The notes below the pieces were generated by a model. The model was not told the DNA's origin, ran no database searches, and was given only the letters and a program-made list of their open reading frames with translations. A program made the position numbers and the translations under genes. DNA of 64,000 nt from Chiloscyllium plagiosum. Its lineage: Eukaryota. Location of the stretch: NCBI RefSeq assembly GCF_004010195.1, contig NC_057721.1, positions 60,952,156-61,016,155 of the forward strand. The letters are read 5' to 3'. Each line of letters opens with the position of its first letter. The stretch's first letter is position 1. Shown here one piece after another: positions 11,621 through 25,259 of the stretch.

Positions 11621-12427
11621 TACATTTGGGCATTGTATCACCAATCAATAATCTTCATCACACAACTTCATGAGAAAGTTTTGCTTGTTTTATCTAAACT
11701 ACTCACATGCTTCACATACCACCATTAACTTTCCAAGGCTGAATTCAGAATCCTTACCAATTTTAGCTATCTTCATCAACTCCCAAATATAGCTGACTAG
11801 TTACTTGAACAAACTCTGATACCAGCTCTTTATTTAAGTCATTAAGGCCTGAAGCTAACAGATACAACTTGTTATCATTGTAAAATACAAACTTTGGAAG
11901 TATTACAGAATAAATAAATCTCCTCCTCTTTCCCAGCTAACTAGAAGTAAATGCCAAGAAAAATGGAAGTGCAAAATATGTTTTTAAAAAATTATTTTGT
12001 CTTAAAACAAGCATTTCTTTATGTTTGTAACAGGTCACCCTATCAAAATTACAGTAGCAGATAGCAAGAGAATGTCCCAAGTTTGTAATTATCATACAGT
12101 TTAGGCAAAGGTTTGTACTGGGATGGCGTGTTACATTTTTCTCGAGCCAACCATCTTTTTATAATGTAAGTCAGCTTCATGTTTATTTTCCCACTGGATT
12201 TGATGGCTTACATTGCAAGAGACAACTTTTTTTGGAAGTCAACACAGCTCCAAGTTTGTTTGTCAATTCCTGGCAGTACACCAATCTATTCTTATCTTTT
12301 AAAATGTTATATCTTTTGTTGGACTCATACTGGCTTCTAAAGGTTTAGAAATAAACTTCTATTTGTGAACATTTTACCAGGCTCATGCAGTTCCTCTCAA
12401 ACACAGCAATGGAGGAGAGCTACTTGG

Positions 12428-13410
12428 AGTCAAAGAGTCATACAGCTTGGAAACAGACCCTTCAGACCAATCAGTCCATGCTAATCATGTTCCCAAACTA
12501 AACTAGTCCCATCTGCCTGTGCTTGGCCCATATGACTCCAAACCTTTCCCATTCATGAACGTGTCCAAATGTCTTTTAAATGTTGTAACTGTACCTGCAT
12601 CCTTCACTTTCGCTGGCAGTTCATTTCACACATGAACTACACTCCGTGTAAAATCATTGTCCCTCATATCCTTTTTAAATATTTCTCTTCTCATGTTAAA
12701 AATATGCCCCCTAGTTTTGAATTCCCCCCCCCAGTGAAAGGATCCTTGTCATTCACCTTATCTATGCCGGTCATGATTTTATGAACCACAATAAGTTCAC
12801 CCCTCAAGCTTCTATGCTCCAGTGAAAAAAGTCAGAGCCTTTTCAGTCAATTTCCATATCTCAAATGCTCCATTCCTGGCAACATCCTAGTAAATCTTTT
12901 CTGAACCCTCTCCAGCTTCATAATCTCCTTCCTATAACAGGGCGGCACGGTGGCTCAGTGGTTGGCACTGCTGCCTCACAGCAACAGCGTCCCAGGATTG
13001 ATTCTGGCCTTGGGCGACTGTCTGTGTGGAGTTTGCACATTCTCCCTGTGTCTGCGTGGGTTTCCCCTGGGTGCTCCGATTTCCTCCCACAATCCATAGA
13101 TGTGCAAGTCAGGTGAATTGGTTGTGCTAAAATGCCCATAATGTTAGGTGATTAGTCAGAGGGAAATGGGACTGGGTGAGTTGCTCTTCGAAAGGTCGGT
13201 GTGGACTTGTTGGGCCAAAGGGCCTGTTTCCACACTGTAGGGAATCTAATCTAATCTAACAGAGTGACCAGAACTGCACACAGCCTCCAGAAGAGGTCTC
13301 ACCAACATCCAGTAAAACCTCAACATGACGTACAGACTTCTATACTCAAAGATCTGAGCAATTAAATCAAGTGTGCTAAATGTCTTCATAACCACCCTGT
13401 ATACCACTTA
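12428..13410 (-). mobile_element. CR1 (HER1-like) LINE 3' fragment, interrupted by a SINE
   Basis: agagtcatacagc..gaaacagaccc tail and reverse CR1 ORF2 C-terminus. Confidence 0.8.
12941..13258 (+). mobile_element. HE1-type V-SINE, full length
   Basis: GGCGGCACGGTGGCTCAGTGG head, (AATCT)n tail, TAACAG on both sides. Confidence 0.9.
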
Positions 13411-13589
13411 TCAGAAAGTTAATAGCTGGATCAATTCAAATAGCAAGATCCAGCTGGATACAATTAATAATAGAAGCATGAATTCAAAAGTTGTTTTCAA
13501 GAGCGGCCCTCTCTTTATGGCTCAGCCTGTAAACACAACATGCAAAGCATATAGATATTTAACAGCAATGAGTCAAAATACAGAAGGAA

Positions 13590-14355
13590 AATAGAGGATT
13601 TGGTGACATGGTGCAATAAGAACAACCTCTCTCTCAACATTGGCAAAACTAAAGAACTGATCATTTACTTTAGTAAGAAAGGAGGAGAGAATGGAACTGA
13701 GGTTGAGAAAGTGGAGAGCTTCAAGCTCCTCAGAGTGATGATAACGAACAACCTGTCCTGGTCTTCCCATGTAGTTGAGACAGCCAAGGTGGCACAACAA
13801 TGCCTCTTCTTCCTCAGGTGGCTCAGAAAATTTGACATTTCCATAAGGACCCTCTCCAACTTCTTCTGATGTACAATTGAAAGCACACTGTCTGGGTGCA
13901 TAACGGCCTGGTATACCAACGGCTGTGCGCAGGACCATGCAAAACTACAGAGAGTGGTGTGCACAGACCAAGCCATCACAGAAGCCAATCTTCCATCAAT
14001 GGATCCACTTACATGGTTCACAGCTGCCGAATGGCTGCCAACATCATCAAAGACCCTTTGCACCCCGGTAATGATCTCCTACAACCTCTTCCATCAGGCA
14101 GAAGATACAGAAGCCTGAACACATGCACCAGCAGATTCAGGAACACCCCTTCTTCCCCAGCCATTATTAAACTATTGAATGGACTCTCTCACCTCAAATA
14201 ATGCTGATCTTGCTAATGTTGATCTCTCTTGCGTGCCCTGTTACCTGTATGCCTCTGTCTAAATTTTTTGTTGTGTACATCCTTGCTTATTATGATCTGC
14301 TTGTATGGCTCATAAACAAAGCTTTTCACTGTACACATGACAATAAATCAATCAG
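13590..14355 (+). mobile_element. Rex1/Babar-like LINE 3' fragment
   Basis: WCNKNNLSLNIGKTKELII..NNLSWSSH..KVAQQCLFFLRWLRKF; DPLHPGNDLLQPLPSGRRYRS; aataaatcaatca tail. Confidence 0.8.
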
Positions 14356-15289
14356 TATGGACTAGGGAGGTTTCAGCTGACACGCCATTTATGGTGTGAT
14401 ATTCAAAGAAGGTTTCCAAATTGTTGCACAGCTAAGCAACTAAGGAATTCCAATTCAGCCGCCCAACAGGTGAGACAACAGTGGGGATTGAATTCTTGTC
14501 TGTTCTAACAAACCAAATTACTTTTACTTACAAAAGGAATATTATTGCTCTGATGAAGGGTCATTAACTAAAACACCAACTGAGATTTGAAGACCTATAT
14601 CACTTTTCTAGGCCTGATGCTCATTCCATTTGAACATTTGTATGGGCAGAGGGACTCATTTTAGACTAAGGGTGGGGGTTAGGTGGAGCTGCCCTGAGCA
14701 ATCAGATATTGGCAGCTCTCCAGTATGAGTAGCTACCAAAGAGAGTGGTGGTCCCTGCTATTACTACCTGGGGACTTCATCACGAATTAATGATGAATCC
14801 CTGGAGGAAGTTATATGCAGATGAGATGAAGGATATAGAGAGGAGCTGCCAGTAGTGGGGTGAGGGGAGTTTGGAGGCAAGTGCACAGTATGGCTTTCCA
14901 ATAGTAAATCCCTCGATCTGCATAGAGTACCCAACAGATTTTGCCAGGTTTCCTTCCTGGATGTTGAGACCCTGAATTCTGTGAGTTGAAAATCAGCAGC
15001 TGCCAGATGATACAGTGTTAACACATCTATTTTTATTTGATTCTCGAGTGGCAATTAAGTGCTTCAATTGGTCTCTAGGTAAGTTGCCCTCCCTCAAACT
15101 TTCCCATTCTGAACTTGATTGGAAGGCCCACAGAATCTTCAACCCTCACCCTCCCCCTCCCACCTGATCACATGGCATACCCAATTCTGAATTCACCTGA
15201 GGCAGGGATTGGGCATTAAATTCCACCCATTATTTCTATTTCTCTCCACAGATATTGTCTGAATTGTTGAATACATCCAGCATTTTAAA

Positions 15290-15605
15290 CTCCCTACAGT
15301 ATGGAAGCAGGCCCTACCATACTGGAAACAAGTCCACACCAACCCTCTGAAGAGTAATCCACCCAGACCCATTCCCCTACATTTATCCCTGACAAACGCA
15401 CCTAACACTATGTGCAATTTAGCATGGCCAATTCACCTAACCTGCACATCTTTGGACTGTTGGAGGAAACCGGAGCACCCGGAGGAAACCCACACACACA
15501 GGAGGAGAATGTGCAAACTCCACACTGACAGTCACCCGAGGCTGGAATTGAACCTGGGACCCTGGTGCTATGAGGCAACAGTGCTAACCACTGAGCCATC
15601 GTGCC
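15290..15605 (-). mobile_element. HE1-type V-SINE
   Basis: Reverse complement of the 12941 element. Confidence 0.88.
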
Positions 15606-16920
15606 GAATAAAAATTTTCTATTTTTATCTCATTTTCTAGCAGCTGCATTATTTTCCTTTTGTAATTTTCTTTATATGAAATTATTTCATAGCTATATTA
15701 GTGTACAAGCATTTAATACAGTTATCTTAAGCTGTCTTTTCCATTGCTTTTTTACAGGGTTAACACATTTGTTTTAAATGCTCCTGGTATTCCATGATAT
15801 AATGGTTATCTAACTAAAAGTACAAATGGAAAGACACAATGATCCAAATAAATTTTCTCAGTCATTCTGTGCCTTCTTTTGATTAGGTAACTATTTGCCT
15901 TTTAGTCTCTCCCTCTTATTCATTAAAGGTCATTTAAGGAGTCTGCACTAGCTGCCAGGAAGAAACCTTGCCTGAAGCAATCCATGATGTGGTTGGAAAA
16001 TTGTAGCCAATGGGTGCCTGAGTTTCCAATATTCAGCGTCAGCAAGATACATTTATAAAATTATTCTGTCTGTCAAGATATTTCCATCTTGCTCTGATGA
16101 CAAGACATGATTGATAATTTAATTTAGAGGTCATTTTTTTCAAAGATTCTCCTCAGTACAACCATTGTCATAAGCTTATGTCTTATTTAATGTTCATTTC
16201 TCTCACTTTGGTTCATCGTGCAAATATTGTATTCTTAGTATTGTTGTCCTAAAGGAGAACTCAAATCTTTCATCCAGGTAGTCTACCATTATGTGAGGGA
16301 GTTGATTCACACTTTAATTAAGCGAACCTTTATTTAATTCTTTTGGTGTAAGTACTCACTATAAACATACGTTTATTGCAACATTCAAGTTTTACTTCAA
16401 CTAACCTACTTTCAACATTAACTCATTCATTTAACTTTGCTTCTCCTTGTATTAACTTAATCCACATTTCTCTAACTCGAACTTCAACTCTATAAGGTTG
16501 GCTTGAAACAAATATGATCCCAGTTCAAGTGAAGTGGCCAACTTTGCTCTTGGTGTAGATCTTATCTCATGGTTCTTTGACTGAAGATAACTTCAGGGCA
16601 TGTAAAGCTCATTCCTACAAAATCCTAAGTACTACTAACTTTTATCCCAAAGTGTGCTCACCCTTCTAGAAACATCTCTGGCATTCAGCCAAAGAATTGA
16701 CCAAACCTGATCACAATGTTTGATTCCAACCAATGGAGTTGACTGATAAGCAACTCCCAAATGTTTATACCAAGTCATAAACAGCCACATTCCATGCTCT
16801 ATGTAAGGTAATATGGTGGCAGCCTTATTTAGTCAACACAGGAAACTGCGGGACACAGGTTATAGGACAGGCCACAACATGTCCTGGCTGCAATTTAACC
16901 CAGGTCAGACATTAAACTAG

Positions 16921-17572
16921 CGCGTTTGGTATGCTTTCTTTTATTGGTCAGAGTATTGAGTACAGGAGTTAGGAGGTCATGTTGAGGCTGGATAGGACAT
17001 TCGTTAGGCCACTGTTGGAATATTGCGTGCAATTCTGGTCTCCTTCCTATCGGAAAGATGTTGTGAAACTTGAAAGGTTCAGAAAAGATTTACAAGGATG
17101 TGGCCAGTGTTGGAGGATTTGAGCTATAGGGAGAGGTTGAATAGGCTAGGGCTGTTTTCCTGGAGCGTCGGAGGCTAAGGGGTGACCTTACAGAGGTTTA
17201 TAAAATCATGAGGGGCATGGATAAGGTAAATGGGCAATGTCTTTTCCCTGGGGAGGGGGAGGAGTCCAGAACTAGAGGGCATAGGTTTAGGGTGAGAGGA
17301 GAAAGATATAAAAGAGACCTAAGGGGCAACCTTTTCACACAGAGGGTGGTACATGTATGGAATGAGCTGCCAAAGGAAGAGGTGGAGGCTGGTACAATTG
17401 CCACATTTAAAAGGCATCTGGATGGGTATATGAATAGGAAGGGTTTGGAGGGATATGGGCCAGGTGCTGGCAGGTGGGACTAGATTTGGTTGGGATATCT
17501 GGTTGGCATGGACATGTTGGACCGAAGGTTCTGTTTCCATGCTGTACACCTCTATGACTCTTTGATTCTATG
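16921..17572 (+). mobile_element. CR1 LINE 3' fragment (young)
   Basis: ESRTRGHRFRVRGERYKRDLRGNLFTQRVVHVWNELP; ctctatgactct tail. Confidence 0.9.
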
Positions 17573-18109
17573 ACCAAAATTCCCAGCATGCTTGATTGTT
17601 GCTCTTAACCTCAGTCTCATGGCCACTTCCACTGCTAGACACCTGATCACAGTGTGAACACAACAGTCTAACTAACCACAAGCATGTGCCCTTCTGTACC
17701 ATTTCTTTTCTTTCATCTTCATTTTTTCACAAGATATGGGTAGGACTGGCAAGTCCAATACTTGTTGCCTCATCCTGAATTGCTCTTGAACTGAATGGCT
17801 TGCAAGGACTTTTCAGAGAGCAGGTAAGCACTGCAATGTGTCTGGAGCCACTTGTAGGCCAGACCAGATAAGGATGACAAATTTCCTTCTGTAAGGACAT
17901 CAATGAACTAGCTAGGTTTATACAGTCATTCCTCAGTTTAACTCAGAGCATTCGCCTGAGCATCTGGATTACTAGTTATCTCTATATACACCATAAAATT
18001 GAAATTTATTTTTCTTCTGAACATCTAAAGTTAGATCCCTAATTTTTTGCAATCTCCTCATGATTGTGCCTAGCCTTTTAGTATGCTATGCAGAACAGTT
18101 CTTTGCATA

Positions 18110-18423
18110 GAGAGGCATAGATAGAGTTGATAGCCAGAGACTTTTTCCCAGGGCAGAAATTGTTAACACGAGGGGTCATACAGAGGGGATGTCAGAGGTG
18201 GGTTCTTTACGCAGAAAGTTGTGAGAGCATGGAATACATTGCCAGCAAGCAGTTGTGGAAGCGAGGTCATTGGGGATATTTAAGAGACTGCTGGACATGC
18301 ATATGGTCACAGAAATTTGAGGGTTCGTACATTAGGTTTACCTTACATGAGGATCAATGGTCGGCACAACATCATGGGCTGAAGGGCCTGTTCTGTGCTG
18401 TACTGTTCTATGTTCTATGTTCT
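18110..18423 (+). mobile_element. CR1 LINE 3' end (second subfamily)
   Basis: ggcatagatagagttgatagccagagactttttcccaggg..(gttctat)n tail. Confidence 0.75.
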
Positions 18424-19179
18424 TAATTCACCAGCTTTATTTTGCTTAGGAACAGAATACACTACCACTCTATTTCTGTTTAAACATGCTTGTCGCCTTG
18501 CATTTCTATCCAGTTGCAATTAGTGTTGCACCAACATGTGTAGCATTAGGGGGGGTTCAGTCTGACTGTAATATGAGACTCACTATCTATCATCACATGA
18601 GAAGTGATTCAACATCAAATGATCTTGCTCTTTCCTGCAGTTTTATAGCATGATGAAGCTACAGTAACATGGTTACTGATAAAGTTTATATTTCCTTACC
18701 TCAACAGACTTTGTCAATATTGCTTAGTTGCACAACAAGGCCAAGAATACTAGGGCATCATATGTAAAAGATAGATAAATTGGAGCTCACTCCATTTGCA
18801 CACTGACAGCCCTTCATCACTGAACAAGAATTACTCATTGTTAAAGGCACATGCTCAATTAAACAGTTCTGTCTTTTATTAGTTCACTCATTTCGCTTCA
18901 CCTCTAATTCAACTCAATGCTATGACTCAGTTGCTGGTTAACCTTCGCTTCTATATTCCCTGGCTGTCTATGGCCAATTATTGTGGTTTCTGCAGCATTG
19001 CTTCTATACTTCTTTCAATTTATATTAAACCCAAACAACCTTTTCTGTTTCTGATCAGTTCTTTTTAACATAACATTCAAACCATCAACTTTTATGCTCA
19101 ATATGAGGCATTTTCCACCTATGGAGTTTCGCCTTGACAAGTGTGTTAGAAAAGAAAGCAGTATAAACTAGCCATTTCT

Positions 19180-20590
19180 AAAATTCACTTGTGGTACGTG
19201 GATATCGCTGGCTGACTAGTGTTTGTTGCCTGCCCCTAGTTGCCCTTGGGAAGGTGATGGTGAGCTGCCTTCTTAAACTGCTGCACTTCATCTGTTATAG
19301 GTATACTGACTGGTGTCTCTCAGTCCCCTCTCTCTCTCAGGGATATATCTGTACACTAGCTGGTGTTTCTCAGTCCCCTCTCTCTCATGGAGATATCTGT
19401 ACACTGACTGGTGTCTCTCAGTCCTCTCTCTCAGGGAGATATCTGTACACTGACTGGTGTCTCTCAGTCCCCTCTCTCTCATGGAGATATCTGTACACTG
19501 ACTGGTGTCTCTCAATGACATTAGGAAGTGAATTCCAGGATTTTGACCCAGTGGCAGTGAAAGAACAGCGATTTATTTCCCAGTCAGGATGATGAGTGGC
19601 TTGGAGGGGAACTTGCAGATGGTGGTATTCCCATGTAATTGCTACCTTTGTCCTTCTAGATAGAGGCGATGATGGGTTTGTAATGTGCTGCCAAGTGATC
19701 TTTGGTGAATTTCTGCAAAGCATCTTGTAGGTTGGATGCACTGCTGCTACCGAGCAGTGAAAGTGGAAGGAGTGGGTGCTTGTGGATGTGGTGCCAATCA
19801 AATGGGCTGTTTTGGCCTGGATGGTGTCAAGCTCCTTGGGTGTTGTTGGAGCTGCACACAGCCAGGGAAGTGGGGACTATTCTATCACAGTCCTGATTTG
19901 TGCCTTTGGATGGTAGACAGGCTTTGAGGAGTCAGGAAGTGAGTTATTCACTGCAGGATTCCAGGCCTCTAACTTGCTTTTGTATCCACTGTGTTTATCT
20001 GATGAATCCAGTTGATTTTCTGGTCAATGATGACCTCCAGGGTGTTGATGGTGGGGGATTCAGTGATGGTAACACCACTAAAGGAGTGGTGGTTAAATTA
20101 TCTCATGATTGTAATGGTCATTTGTGTGGCATGAGTATTGTCCAGATCTTGTCGCATTTGCGCATTGGCTGCTTCAGTATCTGAGGAGTCACAAATGGTG
20201 CTGAACATCAGCAGACATCCCCACTTCTGATCTTATGATGGAGGGAAGGTTGTTTGATGATGCAGCTGAACATGTTTGGGCCTAGGATACTACCCTGAGA
20301 AACTCCTGCAGGTTGAGATGACTGACCTCCAACAATCACAACTATCTTCCTATATGCCAGGTAGGCCTCCAACCAGCAGAACATTTGTCCCTGATACCCA
20401 ACGATTCCAGCTTGCTGGCGCTTCTTGATACCACACTCAGTCAAAAGCATCCTCAATGTCAAGGGCTGTCACTCGCACCTCACATCTGGAATTCAGCTCT
20501 CTTGTCTATGTTTGAACCAAGGCTGTAATGAGGCGAGGAGCTGAGTGGCCCGGCAGATTGATGTGGAGATAATTGGCCGGGTTGGATATG
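19180..20590 (-). mobile_element. L2/CR1-superfamily LINE fragment
   Basis: Minus RT piece WLEAYLAYRKIVVIVGGQSSQPAGVSQGSILGPNMFSC. Related pieces lie at about 28420-28950, 30800-31130 and 32740-34010. Confidence 0.7.
19303..19514. repeat. Minisatellite, about 44-50 bp unit, about 4.5 copies
   Basis: Unit ggagatatctgtacactgactggtgtctctcagtcccctctctctca(t). Confidence 0.9.
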
Positions 20591-21552
20591 TCATAGAGTC
20601 AAAGAGTCATAGATATGTACAGCTTGGAAACAGACCCTTCAGTCCAACCCGGCCATACCGACCAGATATCCTAACCCAAACTAGTCCCACCTGCCAGCAC
20701 CCGGCTCATATACCTCCAAACCCTTCCTATTCATATACCCATCCAAATGTCTCTTAAATGTTGCAATTGTACCAGCCTCCACCACTTCCTCTGGCAGCTC
20801 ATTCCATAGACATACCACCCTCTGCATGAAAAAGTTGCCCCTTAGGTCTCTTTTATATCTTTCCCCTCTCACCCTAAACCTATGCCCTCTAGTTCTGGAC
20901 TCCCTGACCTCAGGGAAAAGACGTTGTCCATTTATCCTATCTATGCCCCTCATGATTTTGTAAACCTCTATAAGGTCACCCCTCAGCCTCCAACGCTCCA
21001 GGGAAAACAGCCCCAACCTTTTCAGCCTCTCCCTGTAGCTCAGATCCTCCAACTCTGGCAACATCCTTGAAAAATCTTTTCTGAACCCTTTCAAGTATCA
21101 CAACATCTTTCCGATAGGAAGGAGACCAGAATTGCACGCAATATTCCAACAGTGGCCTAACCAATGTCCTTTAGAGCCACAACATGTCCTCCCAACTGCT
21201 GTACTCAATACTCTGACCAATAAAGGAAAGCATACCAAACGCCTTCTTCACTATCCTATCTACCTGTGAACTATGAACCTGCACTCCAAGGTCTCTTTGT
21301 TCAGCAACGCTCCCTCGGACCTTACAATTATGTGTATAAGTCCTGCTAAGATTTGCTTTCCAAAAATGCAGCACCTCGCATTTATCTGAATTAAACTCCA
21401 TTTGCCACTTCTCAGCCTATTGGCCCATCTGGTCCAGATCCTGTTGTAATCTGAGGTAACCCTCTTCGCTGTCCAGTACACCTCCAATTTTGGTGTCATC
21501 TGCAAACTTACTAACTGTACCTCTTATGCTCGCATCCAAATCATTTATGTAA
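20590..21552 (-). mobile_element. CR1 LINE 3' fragment
   Basis: Minus ORFs [36 protein letters not shown]; KFADDTK region. Confidence 0.9.
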
Positions 21553-21709
21553 ACCTGCTTTACCTGGGCAATCTTTCAGACTTCCAATTTGCCTGAGCAA
21601 GTTTTAATTATATTTTGAACTTGTTCATCTACTTTTAACATTCTTTAATTTCAAGAATTGAATACTGGTTGCTTTTAATTCCATTTGTAAATGTTTTCTA
21701 TCCCCACAG

Positions 21710-22457
21710 CCTCACAGCACCTTCCCATTCACCTCCCTCCTCTGTATCCAAGGTCCTAAGTACACTTTTCAGTTGAAGCAGCACTTTATCCGCATTTCAC
21801 TCCATCTAGCCTACTGTATTCACAATGTGGTCTCTTCAAATTGGGGAAACGAAGCACAGCCTGGGTGACCGCTTTGCAGAATATCTACATTCTGCCTCAA
21901 AAGAGATGGTGAGCTTCCAGTTCCCTGCCACTTCAACACATCACCCTGTTCTCTGTTTCAGACTTGCTGCAGTGCTCCAGAGAAGTTTAACGCAAGCTGA
22001 AAGATCAGCACCAGACTTTCTGCTTGAAGACCTTGCAGCCTTCTGGACTTAACATCGAGTTCAACAATTTTGGGGCCTGAGGTCATGTCCTTATCCTCAC
22101 ACCCACACACCAGACCTTGTCATCACATGGAGTGCTACCACACACACAGTTACTAATAGTGTCCATTAGCAATTATTCATTCCTCCCCAGGCTGACTTTG
22201 AACCACCCATTTGTCTGTCCAATTGTTTTTTCCTCTCTTTGGAATGTATCTCCACCTATCATTTACTCTTCCACCCAACCCCCTTGCCTTCCATCCCACC
22301 CCACCCCCACACCCTATCTTCTATGTAAATGTCAAGCTTTTCCTAGCTACCATCAGTTCTGAAGAAGGGTCCCCGGATCCCAAAACATTAACAGATTTGT
22401 CTCCACTAATACTGCCAGACCTGCTGAGATTTTCCAGCAGTTTCTGTTTCTGCTTTC
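21710..22457 (+). mobile_element. PLE 3' fragment (GIY-YIG + terminal repeat, family D)
   Basis: IGETKHSLGDRFAEYL; degenerate hammerhead agttCTGAAGAagggtc..ccc(a)aaacattaac at about 22356-22392. Confidence 0.7.
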
Positions 22458-22499
22458 ATAGAGTCGTAGAGTCATAGAGATGGACAGCACGAAAACAGC

Positions 22500-23762
22500 A
22501 TCTGCATTTCTTTCATTTTTTCCACAGCTGCAATATATTGTTCGAGCACTTGGAGATGAGGCCATCTGGTGTGTGTTCTGTAGTGGAACTGGTCGTCCTG
22601 GGAACAGATGCGGCAGAGGCAAAGGAATTGGGAATGTAGGATAGCATTTTTGCAGGAAGTAGGGTGGGAGGAAGTGTAATCCAGGTTCCATCACAGAACA
22701 CACCAGATGGCCTCCATCTTAAAAGACCGAAATTTCCCCTCCCACGTGGTTGAAGATCCCTCCAATGAATCTCATCCACGTCTCGCACCTCCACCCTCGA
22801 ACCCCACCCCTCCAACCGGAACAAGGACAGAACCCCCCTGTTCCTTGCCTTCCATCCTTCCAAACTCTGCATAAATCACATCATCCGCCAATATTTCCGT
22901 CATCTAAAAATGGACCCCACCACCAGGGATATATTTCCCTCCCCACCCCTATCCGCTTTCCACAAAGACCATTCCCTCTGTGACTACCTGGTCAGGTCCA
23001 TGCCCCCAAACAAGCCACCCTCCTCTCCCAGCACCTTGCTCTGCCACTACAGGAATTGCAAAACCTGCGCACACACCTCCCCCCTCACTTCCACCAAGGC
23101 CCCAAAGGAGCCTTCCACATCCATCAAAGTTTCAACTGCATTTCAACACATGTCATCTACTGTATCCGTTGCACCTGATGTGGTCTCCTTTACAATGGAG
23201 AGACTGGGATGCCTTCTCGCAGAGCCTTTTAGGGAACATCTCTGGGACACCCACACCAATCAACCCCACCACCCTGTGGCCGAACATTTCAACTTCCCCT
23301 CTGACTCTGCCGAGGACATGCGGGTCCTGGCCTCCTCCATCTCACCACTCCCTCACTACCCGATGCCTGGAGGAAGAAAACCTCATCTTCTGCCTCAGGA
23401 CCCTTCAACCCCAGGACACATCAATGTGGACTTCACCAGTTTCCTCATTTCCCCCCCCCCCCCACTTTTCCCCAGTTCCAACCTTCCAGCTCAGCACCAT
23501 CCTCATGACCTGTTCCACCTGTGATTCTTCCTTCCCACCTATCTGCTCCACCCTCCTCTCTGACCTATCATCTTTACCCACCATCTCCATCCACCTAATG
23601 CACTCTCAGCTACCTTCTCCCCAGCCCCACCCCAGTCCCATTTATCTCTCCACTCCCGAGGCTCCCAGCCTCATTCCTGATGAAGGGTTCCGGCCCGAAA
23701 CGTCAATTCTCCTGCTCTCAGATGCTGCCTGACCTGCTGTGTTTTTCCAGCAACACACTCTT
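22500..23762 (+). mobile_element. PLE fragment with 5' inverted piece (22500-22690)
   Basis: DPTTRDIFPSPPLSAFHKDHSL, FREHL..HPVAEHFN, EEENLIFCLRTLQPQ; hammerhead ATTC-CTGATGA-A-GGG ttccgg CCC-GAAACGTC at 23673-23708. Confidence 0.8.
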
Positions 23763-23883
23763 GGTCAATATTCAGGTTCCACCTCCTCTAGGGGCGGGTA
23801 ATAACATCTCTGAACAGATTGAATAGAAAAAAAATTAAATAAATAAAACTATTCAAAGAAATTGAAAAACTAGCAAATATTTA

Positions 23884-24000
23884 TGGTCTCTTGTGGTGCC
23901 ATGGTATTGTCCCCATCTCTGAGCCAAGAGACCTGGGTTCAAGTTCTACCTGCTTGTGAGTTGTGTACTAACACATCTGGACAGCCTGATTTAAAATATC
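23884..24000 (+). mobile_element. tRNA-derived SINE head fragment
   Basis: A/B-box-like tggtgccatgg..gacctgggttcaagtt; similar copy at about 48390-48505. Confidence 0.5.
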
Positions 24001-25259
24001 ATGCCTCTCCCTCCCTCACCTTTGATGTCATTGTACTGCCCTTAACACATTCTGCAATTTAAATGGAAACACAAGTGATTTACTGGTGGTAGATAACAAG
24101 TTAAAGTATCCTATATATAGAAAGGAAATAAAAGACAAATATATGCTGGTAAATTATGAGAATTAGAAAAAAATAAGGATTTATTACACATGTTTTATTG
24201 GAATGAAATGGTAAAAGAAAAATCTGGGGATTGTCTACTGTTTACAAAAAAATCCAAGAGTTTTAAAAAGAAAAGCTTTTAAAATAGGGTTAAGAGATTG
24301 TTTTATGATCTCAATTGCTAGACATTAGACTGAGAGTTAGAAATGCCCTAGTGGTGAATTATACCTAGCAATTGCCTCTTGCTGGTTTTTGATGTCTGTT
24401 TATCCACAGACCTGAGAGTTGTTCAGTTGTAAATAGATTTGCAAAGAAGCAATGCCAACTCCCTCTCTATGAGTAAAAATAAAGCCCTTAAAGAAAGCTA
24501 GAGAAATAGCTCTGTGAAGTATTTCCTGAGAATCAGAAAAAGTTACAGGAAAATTTACCTCTGATTGTCACATAAACTCTGAAAGTCAAACTGTTATCTC
24601 AGTCATGAAACCCAAGTCTAACTGGTCTCCTTTCAGAATTGAGGATATTCCATTGCTCTGCAGCTGACAACAACCATGATTACATTGAAAGTAAATTGAA
24701 GGAACTATGAGAAAGTCATCTCATTTTGCCCTTTTGATCAACAGGGTTTTCCCTATTTCTTCCATTCAAAATTTTTCATCCATTCATTTTAATAGAAAGT
24801 TATAGGAGAAAGTACTAGAAATCCTGATATGCATTCCACAGGATAGTATATTTTTGAGTCTTGTAAGGAAGCATATATTGTGCATTTCTGTTTACAAATT
24901 CACATTTAAAATATTTAGTACAGGTACCTCAACAATGTGTTAAGCATTTGCGCATAAAAATGAATCAAAAGATGAAAGAATAATTGCCTAATTTTGATTT
25001 TATGTATCTTCATTAACAATTTGCAGAGTAGATAAAAGATGATTCACCAATCTGATCTCAGGGGCGGTGATTGGTGATAGTTATACTAATTTTAACAGCA
25101 GTGAATCAACACAATAATTGTCGAACAAAAACACTACTCATGCAATGTTATGCAAAAGTGAGTATGAGTTGTATTAATGCATGGAGTTCAATTGGATCTT
25201 TAGGACTGATAATCATAACTGTGCCAAACACTCATAAATCCAAAAGAAATTCCCTAGGA

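Noticed and set aside
12941-13015. tRNA-like A/B boxes here and in other SINE heads
   Set aside because: They continue into SINE bodies; not tRNA genes
19303-19514. CRISPR-like appearance of regular repeats
   Set aside because: No unique spacers, vertebrate DNA; a simple minisatellite
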